From Ascoidea asiatica JCM 7603 (taxonomy: Eukaryota > Fungi > Ascomycota), in NCBI GenBank assembly GCA_001600695.1, contig BCKQ01000004.1, positions 632,089 to 682,055 of the forward strand: a stretch of 49,967 nucleotides of DNA, read 5' to 3'. Under the pieces are notes generated by a model, which ran no database searches, was not told where the DNA came from, and worked only from the letters and a program-made list of their open reading frames with translations. Shown here piece after piece: positions 1 through 11,035 of the stretch; positions within the stretch are counted from its first letter, which is position 1, and the number at the start of each line of letters is the position of its first letter. Made by a program: the position numbers and the translations under genes.

Positions 1-556
1 TAATAAATAAAATTGCTATAAAACATACAACTAAGAAATGCTTAGGGTTTTCAATGAAATATAAAATTTAAATCAATTTAGCAAACAATAAGAAATTTAA
101 GATTAATTAAGGTTATCTTTCAATATGTCACTGGAAACTTAAATATTATCATACACTACTATTGTAATCGTAAAATAAAAATAAAACCCATAAAGTTGGC
201 TCTAGTAATACACATGATAACAAATAAAAAAAACGATTAATATGGCTACATACGTGCACATGAAAAAATAACAAAATCCTCATATATGGGGTCGTACACG
301 CATGTGATAGTTTAGATAAATACCAAATATTTGGCGACTGTGATGCATGGGTTTGTGTTTTATTTCAATTTTCGATAGCTAGTCTAATAATAGCAGCACA
401 GGTAGTCGAGGCTCGATTGGGAAGGAGGCTGTTGCCGAAAGCAGCAATCACCCACCACACCGTGAACCTCCCGTGAGGTTTCCGTGAAGTTTTCTCCCAG
501 CGAGTGAAGAAGAAATGAAAAATGAATAACGCTGAGTGAATGTGAATATTCTGCAG

Positions 557-610
557 AACAACAACAACATCAACAACAGTAGTATTAACAATAATAACAA
601 TAATAACAAT
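557..610. repeat. (AAC/AAT)n trinucleotide microsatellite
   Basis: aacaacaacaacatcaacaac...aataataacaataataacaat, seen directly. Confidence 0.75.
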
Positions 611-1249
611 ATCAAAAACAGAAACAGGAACCAGAAACATCAGAAAAGAAAAGAAAAGAAAAAGAATTTGCAAACCTGCTTGAATTGTATCATTTTCACT
701 CTCGTTGCTATTATTCTGATTCTATTTCCATTAATTCTTATTCTGATTCTTATTCTTATTTTATTTCTATTTTATTTTATATCTATTTCTATTTTATTCT
801 AAATCATTGATATATTCTTTTTTATTCATATCGTTTTTAAAGATATCCATATTAATCAATTATTCTTTCTATTATACCAACTACAGTTCATTCATTTATC
901 ATTAATCGAATATATATTATCTATTATCTAAAATCAAATATAACTTACAACTTATAACTTATTTATTAATTCAATTTAATATATTCTTATATCTTACTTA
1001 TTCGTTTCTTTATCTCTTTTATTTCAAATAAATTCAAATCAATTATCATAAATTATCAACAACAAATTATTCAACAATTCAAATATATTGATATATTCAT
1101 TTACTCATTTATTTAACTACCAAGATAACTTCACCAATTTATTTTTATTATTTCTATTTATATCCATTATCCACATTTAAATTTCCATAATCTTTAATAA
1201 ATAATTATTAATATATTCAATCGTTATCTTATTTTTATATCTATTTCAA

Positions 1250-1374
1250 AATCCATTATCCATTTTCCATTAATCATTAATCAATATCCATTATTCATTA
1301 TCCATTATCCATTATCCATCATTCATTATCCATAATAATATAATATCTAATACTTAATACTTAATACTTAATAC
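1250..1374. repeat. Imperfect 7-bp tandem repeats (ATCCATT)n followed by (TAATACT)n upstream of RAX2
   Basis: atccattatccatt... units, then taatacttaatacttaatacttaatac. Confidence 0.7.
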
Positions 1375-1412
1375 AATATCAAAATTAATATCCTTAAATA
1401 ATCAATATAATA

Positions 1413-4400
1413 ATGCACCCAATAAAGTTTTTATCCTCAATAATAATATCATTTCTTATAATAATATCTCAGTTATCAATAAATGTACTAGCAGAAGAAG
1501 ATTCTTCAAATTCAACATCAATATCTACAAACTCATCATCATCATCATCATCATCAGCAAATACCATATTCGATGTTGACTTAATTCAAAAACCTTCCTT
1601 AAATTTCAACTCTTTTGGTAATAAAATTGGTTTCTTAGGTCAATTTGATTCAGCTTCTTTATATAATTATAATGGTCAACAAAATTTATATACTTTAAAT
1701 AATAATTATAATAATATCTCAAATATTTATATCTATGATAATATTAATTTATATAAAAATGATTCAAATAATAATTCAATTTCAATTAAAGGTTCAAATA
1801 TTTTAAAATTTGCAAATTTAACAGGTTTAATATCTTTAATTCAACCAATTAATAATTATTCTTTTTTATTAATTGGTGATTTATCTTCAATTAATCAATT
1901 ATCTTTAAATAATGATACTTCTTTTAATACATCTATAAATTCAACAATTAATTCAAAACCTTTTATTTTTGATATTCAAAATAATAATATACTTGATTTA
2001 GATCCAAATGATCTAATTAATGGTACTATTTCAACTTTATTATATGATGATGATAATTCTAAAATTTATTTCGGTGGAAATTTATCTTTTAATAATACTT
2101 ATGGTTCTTTTTATTATGATATTGAAAAAAATTCTTTAAATGTTTTACCATTTAAAGGTTTTAATAAAGGTTCAAAAATTAATAAAATTTTAAAAATTGA
2201 TGATAATTCAATCTTATTTTCTGGAGATTTTTATAATTTAGGTATTCCAAGTTTATTATTCACAAATCAATCTTATTTTTTAAATTATAATAATTCTTTA
2301 TATAATTCAAAAAATAAAACTTCAAATAATACTACAATTAAAATTGAAAGTGATCAAGTTGTTTCTTTTAAATATGCTGAAATTACAACTGATGAAACTG
2401 ATACTTCAATTTCAACTCCAGATTCAATAATTTGTCCATCTGATGATTCAAATGGTTGGTTAATGACTGAAAATATAGATTCTGGTGCTTGGTTAGCTGA
2501 TTTACCTTTCACTGTTTATCCAACAAAAATTAGACTTTATAATTCAAAATATAATGATAATTCTGGTGTTAAAACTTTTAGATTAATAACTTCTCCTTCA
2601 AATTCAATAATGAACTTAACTTATATTGATCCAACAACAAATGAATTAACAACTTGTAATCAATGGTGTACTTTATATCAACAAACTGAATTAGAATCTC
2701 TTTATGAAGATTTAGAATCTGAATATTCAAATAATATAACTAATATAACTTCAATTGATTATAATAATGATGATGATGTTTCTTCAACTTTATCTTGGGG
2801 TCCTGAATATCAAGATTTTGGATTTGTTAATAATTTAAAAGTTGATTATTTAAATTTTCACGTTTATGATTATTATGGTTCAAGAGCAGGTTTAGCTGGT
2901 TTAGAATTATTTACTGGTGAAATTTTAACTTATGCAAATGATACTTTAAATGAACCAAATTGTGATGATTCTTCTTATGGTGAATCTTATTCAAAATTAA
3001 TTGGTTCTGATTGGGTTGAAAGTGTAACTGGAACTTTTTCAACTATTGAAATTTCAACTTCTGATTCTGATGCTGAAAATATAGGTGTAATATTTTATCC
3101 AAATATTTCATATTCTGGTACTTATTCAATCTCTTTATATACCCCAGGTTGTCAAAGTGATGGTACTTGTGATACAAGAGGTATGGTTTCTGTGATTTTA
3201 TATGATGCTCAAAATAATACTTTAGACGATTTTATTTCTTATCAAAATAATGAATTTGAAAAAATTGAACATCTTTATACAGGTCATTTAAATGTTACTG
3301 ATCCATATGATGAAGATTATGATGAAGAAGCAAGACCAAGAGTTGAATTATATTATTCGAATTATATTCTTGGTCAAAATACTTCAATTGTTCAAATGGT
3401 TGCTGATAAAGTTGCTGTAACTGTTTTAAGTCTTGATGCAGTTTATAATACTACAAATTCAACTACCTCTAAAAACAGTACTACATTGAATAATGTTACT
3501 ATAGATGATGAATATATTATTTTTTTAAATGGTTTATTTGAATATGATATTTCAAATTTTACTTCCTTTCCAGAAGATTATTTAACTTACAATTTTTCTT
3601 CAGAGTCTTTTGAAAATACATTTGTTGGAAATTCTTCTTTGAATAGATTAATGCCAAAATATTTCAATAAAAATATTTCAATTAATGGTATGGTTAATGT
3701 CAATGATACTTTATATTTTGGTGGTGATTTTAGATCAAGTAAATATGGTAAATTTTTCTTCTCAGCTGACATAGATTCCTATGATACTGATCTAAATGAA
3801 TTAGAAATAACTCCACAAAAAATGGATCATCCTTTTACTTATTCAATTCAAAATTTATATACGGATACTTCTGAAGATGTTATAGCTGTTGGATTTTTCA
3901 ATTCTAATTCTTCAAATGAGGATAGTAATTATAATCATATTGCAAAATATTCACATTCTGAATTTTCTTCTTTCAGTGGTGGTGTTTCTGATTCTATTTT
4001 TCATTTTTCAGAAGTTTTTGTAAATGGAAGTAACTATTTTATTTTTAGTACTCAAAATTTTGATAATTTCCATATTTGGGATAATTCAAATTCAGAATGG
4101 TTATCAGATGAAAATTTCATATTAAATGTTACTGCTTCGGGTATTTCAAGTAATAATGAAATTGCCCTTATTTTAGGAAATATTGTTATCAGAGGTTCTT
4201 CAACAAATAATGGTGTATTTATTAATCAAAATAGTGATTTATCAGCTTTTGGATTTGAATTCTCAAATTCTTCTTCAAATATTATTTCAGAAAGTTTATG
4301 GATTAATGATACATTAACTGTAATTGGTGGAGATTTTGAAACAAGTGATGGAATCAATAATATATTATTCATTCAAACCAATGGAACAACAGAATATTCT

Positions 4401-5660
4401 GGTTTAGATAGTCTTATAAATTGGCATAATTCAACTGTTTCCACTATTAATAAAGATCAAAATGGAAGATATTTATATATTGGAACTAGTGGTGAAGCAG
4501 GTTTACATGATGATTCTTCCACAAGTAATGTGTTTATATATGATCTTTATTATAATAATTTTACAATTCCATCACCTGTTATTTCAGATAGTGGAGAACC
4601 TGAAATAAATGCACTTGTATATAATGAAAAGCAAGATGTTTTAATTGTTGGAGGTTCTTTTGATAAAGCTTCATCAATTGATTGCTCTAATTTATGTTTT
4701 TATGATTTATCTGCCTTAAGGTGGAATGATTTATCAAGTACAAGTATATCATCTGGTACAGTTTATTCAATGAATTTAACCAGTAATACAGAATTATTTT
4801 TAACAGGAAATATGACAATAGAAAATGTTCAAGGATATCTCGCAACTTTTGATTTTTCAACTTCACTATTACAGGTCAATCATGATTTAAATGACCCAAC
4901 TACAACTACTACTTCAACTAGTGGTAGTTCATCTTCTTCAGATTCTACTTCATCTTCTACAAAACGTAAGAGAGCAGTTCTTGAACAGTCATCATCAACA
5001 ACCGATACTACAGATGAAACTACAGCTGCTGTTCCTTCGACTGTTAAACAATTTATATTGGTTGATGGTAGTGATGACAGCAATGATAGGGTTCTTCTTT
5101 TGGGTGATAATTTTATTTCTGGATATAATAAATCAGCTTGGAGTAGATTGGATTTACTTACAGATGAACTTGTACCAGGAGAATCAACATTTTCAATGTT
5201 TAGATTGGTTTCAATTGAAGATCCAGAAGTAAAATCTAGCTCATTTTTTGATAAAGAATATGTTTTAGTTGTTGCAGGTAACATTGTTTTTGAAGAATAT
5301 GGTAATATGTCAGTTGCATTATTTAATGGTAGTAATTGGTTTCCATATTTAAATGTTTTTTCAAATAATGATTCACAATCACAGGTTTTAAGTATAATAT
5401 TAAATAAAGCTATATCATCAGATATGAAAGATCAAAATTCAGTTAAACATGAAAAATTAAATAGGGGATGGATAGTATTTATAGCATTTGCATTGGCATT
5501 AGGAACAGTAATGTTACTTTCACTTTTTGCGGTATTAGTAGCAATGTTCAGAAGAAGAAAAAACGAATATGATCCAAGTCTGAGAACAAGAATAGAAGAA
5601 CAAGAAATGGTACAGTCGGTACCTCCAGCACAATTATTTGATGAATTCAAACGTCAGTAG
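1413..5660 (+). CDS. RAX2: Bud-site selection / polarity type I membrane protein Rax2
   Basis: 1415-aa ORF. Signal peptide, N-terminal 'GKIGFLGQFDSASLYNY', 'PTKIRLYN...FRL...NSIMNLTYIDP', 'YTPGCQSDGTCDTRG', C-terminal TM and the tail 'RIEEQEMVQSVPPAQL' all match recalled Rax2 motifs. Confidence 0.92.
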   Translation: MHPIKFLSSIIISFLIIISQLSINVLAEEDSSNSTSISTNSSSSSSSSANTIFDVDLIQKPSLNFNSFGNKIGFLGQFDSASLYNYNGQQNLYTLNNNYNNISNIYIYDNINLYKNDSNNNSISIKGSNILKFANLTGLISLIQPINNYSFLLIGDLSSINQLSLNNDTSFNTSINSTINSKPFIFDIQNNNILDLDPNDLINGTISTLLYDDDNSKIYFGGNLSFNNTYGSFYYDIEKNSLNVLPFKGFNKGSKINKILKIDDNSILFSGDFYNLGIPSLLFTNQSYFLNYNNSLYNSKNKTSNNTTIKIESDQVVSFKYAEITTDETDTSISTPDSIICPSDDSNGWLMTENIDSGAWLADLPFTVYPTKIRLYNSKYNDNSGVKTFRLITSPSNSIMNLTYIDPTTNELTTCNQWCTLYQQTELESLYEDLESEYSNNITNITSIDYNNDDDVSSTLSWGPEYQDFGFVNNLKVDYLNFHVYDYYGSRAGLAGLELFTGEILTYANDTLNEPNCDDSSYGESYSKLIGSDWVESVTGTFSTIEISTSDSDAENIGVIFYPNISYSGTYSISLYTPGCQSDGTCDTRGMVSVILYDAQNNTLDDFISYQNNEFEKIEHLYTGHLNVTDPYDEDYDEEARPRVELYYSNYILGQNTSIVQMVADKVAVTVLSLDAVYNTTNSTTSKNSTTLNNVTIDDEYIIFLNGLFEYDISNFTSFPEDYLTYNFSSESFENTFVGNSSLNRLMPKYFNKNISINGMVNVNDTLYFGGDFRSSKYGKFFFSADIDSYDTDLNELEITPQKMDHPFTYSIQNLYTDTSEDVIAVGFFNSNSSNEDSNYNHIAKYSHSEFSSFSGGVSDSIFHFSEVFVNGSNYFIFSTQNFDNFHIWDNSNSEWLSDENFILNVTASGISSNNEIALILGNIVIRGSSTNNGVFINQNSDLSAFGFEFSNSSSNIISESLWINDTLTVIGGDFETSDGINNILFIQTNGTTEYSGLDSLINWHNSTVSTINKDQNGRYLYIGTSGEAGLHDDSSTSNVFIYDLYYNNFTIPSPVISDSGEPEINALVYNEKQDVLIVGGSFDKASSIDCSNLCFYDLSALRWNDLSSTSISSGTVYSMNLTSNTELFLTGNMTIENVQGYLATFDFSTSLLQVNHDLNDPTTTTTSTSGSSSSSDSTSSSTKRKRAVLEQSSSTTDTTDETTAAVPSTVKQFILVDGSDDSNDRVLLLGDNFISGYNKSAWSRLDLLTDELVPGESTFSMFRLVSIEDPEVKSSSFFDKEYVLVVAGNIVFEEYGNMSVALFNGSNWFPYLNVFSNNDSQSQVLSIILNKAISSDMKDQNSVKHEKLNRGWIVFIAFALALGTVMLLSLFAVLVAMFRRRKNEYDPSLRTRIEEQEMVQSVPPAQLFDEFKRQ

Positions 5661-6171
5661 TCTGTTTACATTTATTATCATATTTTTCAATTAAACAAAA
5701 ATACAATTTTAATTTTAATTTTAATTTAATTTTGAATTTGAATTATTATATCCAACATTGTTTTATTTTATTTAATTTTACTTTATTTCTTTTTATTTTA
5801 CTTTTCAAATGCTATTTTTTCTATGGTTTCCTTTTTTTTGTAACTTTGCTTTTTCTTTTCAATCTCTTGAGTTGTTGCACCTTCTTTGTCTGTGTTTTAC
5901 TTTTTTTAATATATTCTCAAGTTTTTGTTTGGACTTTTATAATTTTCATTTTCTTTAAGTTAGTTAATTTTCTGTATTAATTGATATATATATATATTTA
6001 TATATATTTATATTTATATCACTGCCAAATACTGAATCATGTAGACAATCAATCAAATAAATCTGGATCAATGCAATTAATTCTGCTGATAGAACACACG
6101 AAGAAATTCAACCAAATAAATATAAATTTATTACTGAAATGAACTTATCTCAATTAAAAGAACGTCTAATG

Positions 6172-6179
6172 ATCACGTG
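6172..6179. promoter_or_regulatory. Cbf1/bHLH E-box (ATCACGTG) upstream of BUR6
   Basis: Exact RTCACGTG about 245 bp upstream of the ATG. Confidence 0.45.
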
Positions 6180-6423
6180 CATAAAACCTTGATCTCTAAT
6201 CTTTTTTAGTGTTTTTATTTTTTTCCTTCCTGCAAACAATATAAAAAGACGCTTTTTCCCGTTTTTACATCCTGCCAAATTTTCAAATCTTCAGACATTC
6301 GAGATAATCAACACACAATAAATCAACACATGAATATCAATCAATCAGTTAATTTATCAATAAATCAATATATAATTTAATCAATAAAAAGCAAGACACT
6401 CAGTTATTACTCAGTAAACAAAA

Positions 6424-6777
6424 ATGTCAGAAACTCCAACTTATGACTTAATAAAAACACATTTCCCAGCTGCAAGAATAAAGAAATTAATGCAAAGTGA
6501 TGAAGATATTGGAAAAGTTGCACAAGTTACACCAGTAGTTGTTGGAAAAGCTTTAGAAATATTTTTATGTAAATTAGTTGAAAAATCTTGTGATGAAGCA
6601 AGATTATCTGGTGCTAAAAGAATTAATGCCCAACATGTTAAAAGTGCAATTGAAAAAAATGAAAAATTTGATTTTTTAGTTGAAGTTGTTGCAAAATATG
6701 CAAATCCAAATTCTCAGAATAATAATAGTACTGCTAATAGTAATACTAATACTAGTAACAGTGGTTCAAATCCTTAA
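6424..6777 (+). CDS. BUR6: NC2 alpha subunit (histone-fold negative cofactor 2)
   Basis: 'IKTHFPAARIKKLMQSDEDIGKVAQVTPVVVGKALEIF...FDFL' is the DRAP1/Bur6 histone fold. Confidence 0.93.
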   Translation: MSETPTYDLIKTHFPAARIKKLMQSDEDIGKVAQVTPVVVGKALEIFLCKLVEKSCDEARLSGAKRINAQHVKSAIEKNEKFDFLVEVVAKYANPNSQNNNSTANSNTNTSNSGSNP

Positions 6778-7420
6778 TTTCACATTCCAATGTTATATAT
6801 CAATTCTATCTCTTATATTATTTATATCTTTCTATATCACTTATCTTTAATTCTACTGTAATTCTATTTTATTTTTGACCTTTTCTTTTAATTTCTAATT
6901 TTTTATCTCTTATCTCTTGTTTCTTATTTCATATTTCATATATCTATGTCTTTTTATATTTCTTATTATTTATAATGGCGGTTGTTATTCACTCATATTT
7001 ATACAATTAATGCATAATGATTATATTTTTATCATTTCACTCCTTTAAAACAATCTACAATCAATCGGTAAGTCAATCAATTAAACTATTAAACAAAAAT
7101 TGGCCAAAACTGATCAAAATCTATCCATAATTTCCATAATCCCATGACAATTATTGACACCTCTCCCTAATTATGACTTATTTCTTAAAAAATAAAAATT
7201 AGTCTAAAAAAACAGACTAAAACTGAGTTAAAATAACTGAGTAAAAATGAAAAAGCCTGAGCAAAGTGACACGAAATGTATTCAAATTGATTTAATGTTA
7301 AATAATATTATATAATTTTAATTAAATATCATTCTTTCTTTGAAAAAAAGTGATACTCTTTTTGAAATTCAATGAATACTATTCCCATAAAATTCATTGC
7401 TCGACTATTTTTTTTTTTAT

Positions 7421-7437
7421 TCTTTTTTTTTCTGGGG
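7421..7437. promoter_or_regulatory. Mig1/CreA-type site (T-rich + CTGGGG) upstream of the sugar kinase
   Basis: SYGGGG preceded by an AT box, about 770 bp upstream of a carbohydrate kinase. Confidence 0.4.
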
Positions 7438-8207
7438 TAGGGCTTTTTCATTCACTACTACAAATAATAAATATCAATATTGATTTTTAAATTAGTAAAA
7501 CAGCAACAACAACAACAACAACAACAATAAAAATAATAATCACATAACAGTGATAAACAAAGTAATCAAAAGAATAATATTATTGTATCGTCATGCTTTA
7601 AATGCCTTTCATAAACTCTTGCTCCTTTGATATCTCGAGACTTTGATGCTTTGCTGTGCAAATGTAAAATAATCATTCTTTAACTAGCCCACATATTCGA
7701 TTATGTCTTTGATAAAGACTATTTTATTATTATTATTAATCAATAAACTCTGAAAAATGATACTCTGGCTATCTATCTATCTTTATTCAATCCTTAGATA
7801 ATATTAATACTTATTAAATTAATTGTAGTGAAATTATCAAATTAAAAGATTCAGGTTATTTGTAACAATTTGTTGTTTATTACTTCTCTGCTTAACTCTA
7901 TAAATCAGATAAACTATATAAATAACGACACTTCCCGAGTTTTCTCAATTGCTTTTTTATTTCTATTCTATCTCATCAAATAATAATTACAGATACAGTA
8001 TATCAATTTATTAATTTATTTATCACTTTTATTATTGCATGATTATCTTTTAACAAAATTCTTTTTTCAATTCAATTAATTCAATTATTTACTTTTCTTC
8101 ATTATTAATATTCAATAAAATTTTATATTAAACATTTACACAATATAACTCATTTATATTAATACTATAAATTACTCAAACAATCAAATATTTCTTTCTC
8201 TTAGAAA

Positions 8208-10508
8208 ATGAGTCGCTTTAATTCTTATAATAGTCTTCAAAGATTAAACTCATTAAATCAAAATTTTCAAAATAAATTCTATATTGGTGTTGATGTTGGT
8301 ACAGGTTCTGCAAGAGCTTGTATTATTGATTCCTTAGGTTCAATTTTATCTTTAGCTGAACGTCCAATTATTAGAGAAGAATTAAAACCAAATTTTATTA
8401 CTCAATCTACAACTGAAATTTGGTCTGCAGTTTGTTATTGTGTTAATACAATTATTAAAGATTCTGGTATTGATCCAAATTTAATTTATGGTATTGGTTT
8501 TGATGCAACTTGCTCATTAGTTGCTTTAGACTCAAAATCTAATAATCCAATTGGTGTTGGACCAAATTTTTCAAATAATTTACAAAATATTATTTTATGG
8601 ATGGATCATAGAGCTGAATTAGAAACTAATCAAATTAATTCAATTGATTATTATGGTTTAAAATATGTTGGTGGTAAAATGAGTATTGAAATGGAATTAC
8701 CAAAAATGAAATGGTTAAAAAATAATTTCCCAAATAAAGAAGATTTCAAAAAATGTAATTTTATGGATTTACCAGATTTTTTAGTTTATAAAGCAACAGA
8801 TGTAAAATCCAGATCTTATTGTTCAACAGTTTGTAAACAAGGTTTAGTTCCACCTGGTGTTGATGGTTCAACTGAAGGTTGGAATAAAGATTTCTTATTA
8901 GCTTGTGATTTACCTGAATTAATTGAAAATGATTTTAAAGCTCTTGGTGGATCTCCAACAGGTTCAGGAAATTTCTTAAGTGCAGGAGAAACTGTTGGTC
9001 CATTATCTGAACAAGCTGCCGAAGAGTTAGGTTTAACAACTAATTGTATGGTAGGTTCTGGTGTTATTGATTGTTATAGTGGTTGGATTGGTACAATTGC
9101 AGGTAAAACAGATCTTGTTATTTCATCTTTAGAAAAACAAGATAAAGAACAAAGTGGTATTAATAGAGCAATTGGTAGATTAGCTGCTGTTGCTGGTACC
9201 AGTACTTGTCATGTTGTAATGTCAAAAGATGCAATTTTTGTACCTGGTGTTTGGGGTCCATATAGAGATATCATGGCGCCATCATATTGGTTAGCAGAAG
9301 GTGGACAATCATGTACTGGAGCTTTATTAGCTCATATTTTAAATACACATCCTGCATATGGAGAATTATCAAAATTAGCAGATGCATCCGGTATTTCAAA
9401 ATTTGATTATTTAAATTCAGTACTTGAAAGATTAAAACTCTCAAAAAATGAAAGATCAGTTGTTTCTTTAGCAAAACATTTATTTTTATATGGTGATTAT
9501 CATGGTAATAGGTCACCAATTGCTGATCCAAATATGAGAGCTGCAATTATTGGACAATCAATGGATTCAAGTCTTGAAGATTTATCAGTTACATATTTAG
9601 CAGCTTGTGAATTTATTGCACAACAAACTAGACAAATTGTTGAAGCTATGGAAAAATCTGGTCATAAAATAACTTCAATATTTATGTCAGGTGGACAATG
9701 TCGTAATGGTTTATTAATGAGGTTATTAGCAGATTGTGTTGGATTACCAATAATAATTCCTAAATATATTGATGCAGCAGTTGTATTTGGTTCCGCACTT
9801 TTAGGAGCTGTAGCAGCCGAAGATAGTCAAAAATTTAAACCAAGTGTATTAGAAGGAAGAAGACCAAGAAAATCTTCAGCTTCATTACATAATTTTGGAC
9901 CTTCATCCCCTTATACTGCACCATCTGCTACAGCAAGTGCTACAAATATTTCCGCAATGAGTTCTATGTATGCAGGGCCTCAAGCAGAAACCAGCTTTCC
10001 ATTTCCAATAATGACACCAATGGATGAACAAAAAGAATTCGATTTTTCAAATTCAAATACGAATTCAACTGAATCTAATAATGATAATAATAATTCAATT
10101 CCAAAATCAGTAATTGCTGATGATTTAAACTCCAGTGATTCTGAAGACGATGAAGACGATGATGATGACGACGAAAAAGAACATTTGTCGTTTGGATCTA
10201 AAGCAATTAATCGATTTGATGAAAAGTTTAGTAAAATGACCTTAAAACTTGAAGGTAAACCGGTATCCAGAAAGGCATCATTACATAAAATCAAATCAAG
10301 GAAGCTGGTTTCAGGAAGTTCATCTCCAGGTGATAAATTATGGACAGTAATGGAAAGACTTTCTGGTCCTGGTAGAGTTGTAATGCCAGGTCCAGAAGAT
10401 GATCCAGACAGAAAATTATTGGACGTCAAATACAAAGTGTTCCTTGACTTAGCTGACAAACAAAGAGAGTATAGAAAAATGGTTGATACTGTAGAAGGAA
10501 TTAATTAG
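8208..10508 (+). CDS. FGGY-family carbohydrate kinase, YDR109C-like (D-ribulokinase)
   Basis: 'YIGVDVGTGSARA', 'GIGFDATCSLV', 'ILWMDHRA', 'AGTSTCH', 'EGGQSCTG', 'DYHGNRSP', 'SGGQCRN'; low-complexity acidic insertion near the C-terminus. Confidence 0.92.
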   Translation: MSRFNSYNSLQRLNSLNQNFQNKFYIGVDVGTGSARACIIDSLGSILSLAERPIIREELKPNFITQSTTEIWSAVCYCVNTIIKDSGIDPNLIYGIGFDATCSLVALDSKSNNPIGVGPNFSNNLQNIILWMDHRAELETNQINSIDYYGLKYVGGKMSIEMELPKMKWLKNNFPNKEDFKKCNFMDLPDFLVYKATDVKSRSYCSTVCKQGLVPPGVDGSTEGWNKDFLLACDLPELIENDFKALGGSPTGSGNFLSAGETVGPLSEQAAEELGLTTNCMVGSGVIDCYSGWIGTIAGKTDLVISSLEKQDKEQSGINRAIGRLAAVAGTSTCHVVMSKDAIFVPGVWGPYRDIMAPSYWLAEGGQSCTGALLAHILNTHPAYGELSKLADASGISKFDYLNSVLERLKLSKNERSVVSLAKHLFLYGDYHGNRSPIADPNMRAAIIGQSMDSSLEDLSVTYLAACEFIAQQTRQIVEAMEKSGHKITSIFMSGGQCRNGLLMRLLADCVGLPIIIPKYIDAAVVFGSALLGAVAAEDSQKFKPSVLEGRRPRKSSASLHNFGPSSPYTAPSATASATNISAMSSMYAGPQAETSFPFPIMTPMDEQKEFDFSNSNTNSTESNNDNNNSIPKSVIADDLNSSDSEDDEDDDDDDEKEHLSFGSKAINRFDEKFSKMTLKLEGKPVSRKASLHKIKSRKLVSGSSSPGDKLWTVMERLSGPGRVVMPGPEDDPDRKLLDVKYKVFLDLADKQREYRKMVDTVEGIN

Positions 10509-11035
10509 TAATTGCCAATACGTGCTTGTTAATTTCCTCGTGTTGATTTTGTATTATTTCTATTCTCTTTTCCTATGTTTATTTACAATTTTATTTATAT
10601 TTATTTATATTTTATTTTCAGTTCTACTTTTTTATCTTCTATTTTCAACACTATCAAACAATACAAAATCACTACACTGCTCAGAATTTTTTTTGTAGGT
10701 TTTCATCCGTTCCTCTGTCTTTGATTTCAACCGTACCACGGATGCTTATTTGAATCTAGGAGGATTTTTGAATTTTGTAACGTTAATGTTAACTTTACAA
10801 AAAATATAAGAGCTAAAAATATTATAGCAATTTGATATTTGAATAAGAACAAGATTGAAATTAAAACCTTTAATGAACAACATCTTTAAATTAAACAACT
10901 GATCAGTTTTTGGAAAGCAACTAGCTTTGAAGAAAGTTGTCAATTAAGAACGAAGGAATGATATAGTTCAGGCCTTGGAGAAGAAGTCATCGCTCTAATA
11001 AATGATATCACTGGCCTTCACCAATCGTTATTTAA

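Noticed and set aside
365-802. ORFs 365..673 (-) and 536..802 (+)
   Set aside because: They arise from microsatellite and low-complexity DNA, with no recognisable domain.
5732-5980. Phe/Leu-rich 82-aa ORF after RAX2
   Set aside because: T-rich 3' UTR artefact with a non-ATG start.
6172-6270. Point-centromere-like CDEI (ATCACGTG) followed by an AT-rich tract and CCG
   Set aside because: No TGTTT..TTTCCGAAA CDEIII, the spacer is not AT-rich enough, and it lies in the BUR6 promoter.
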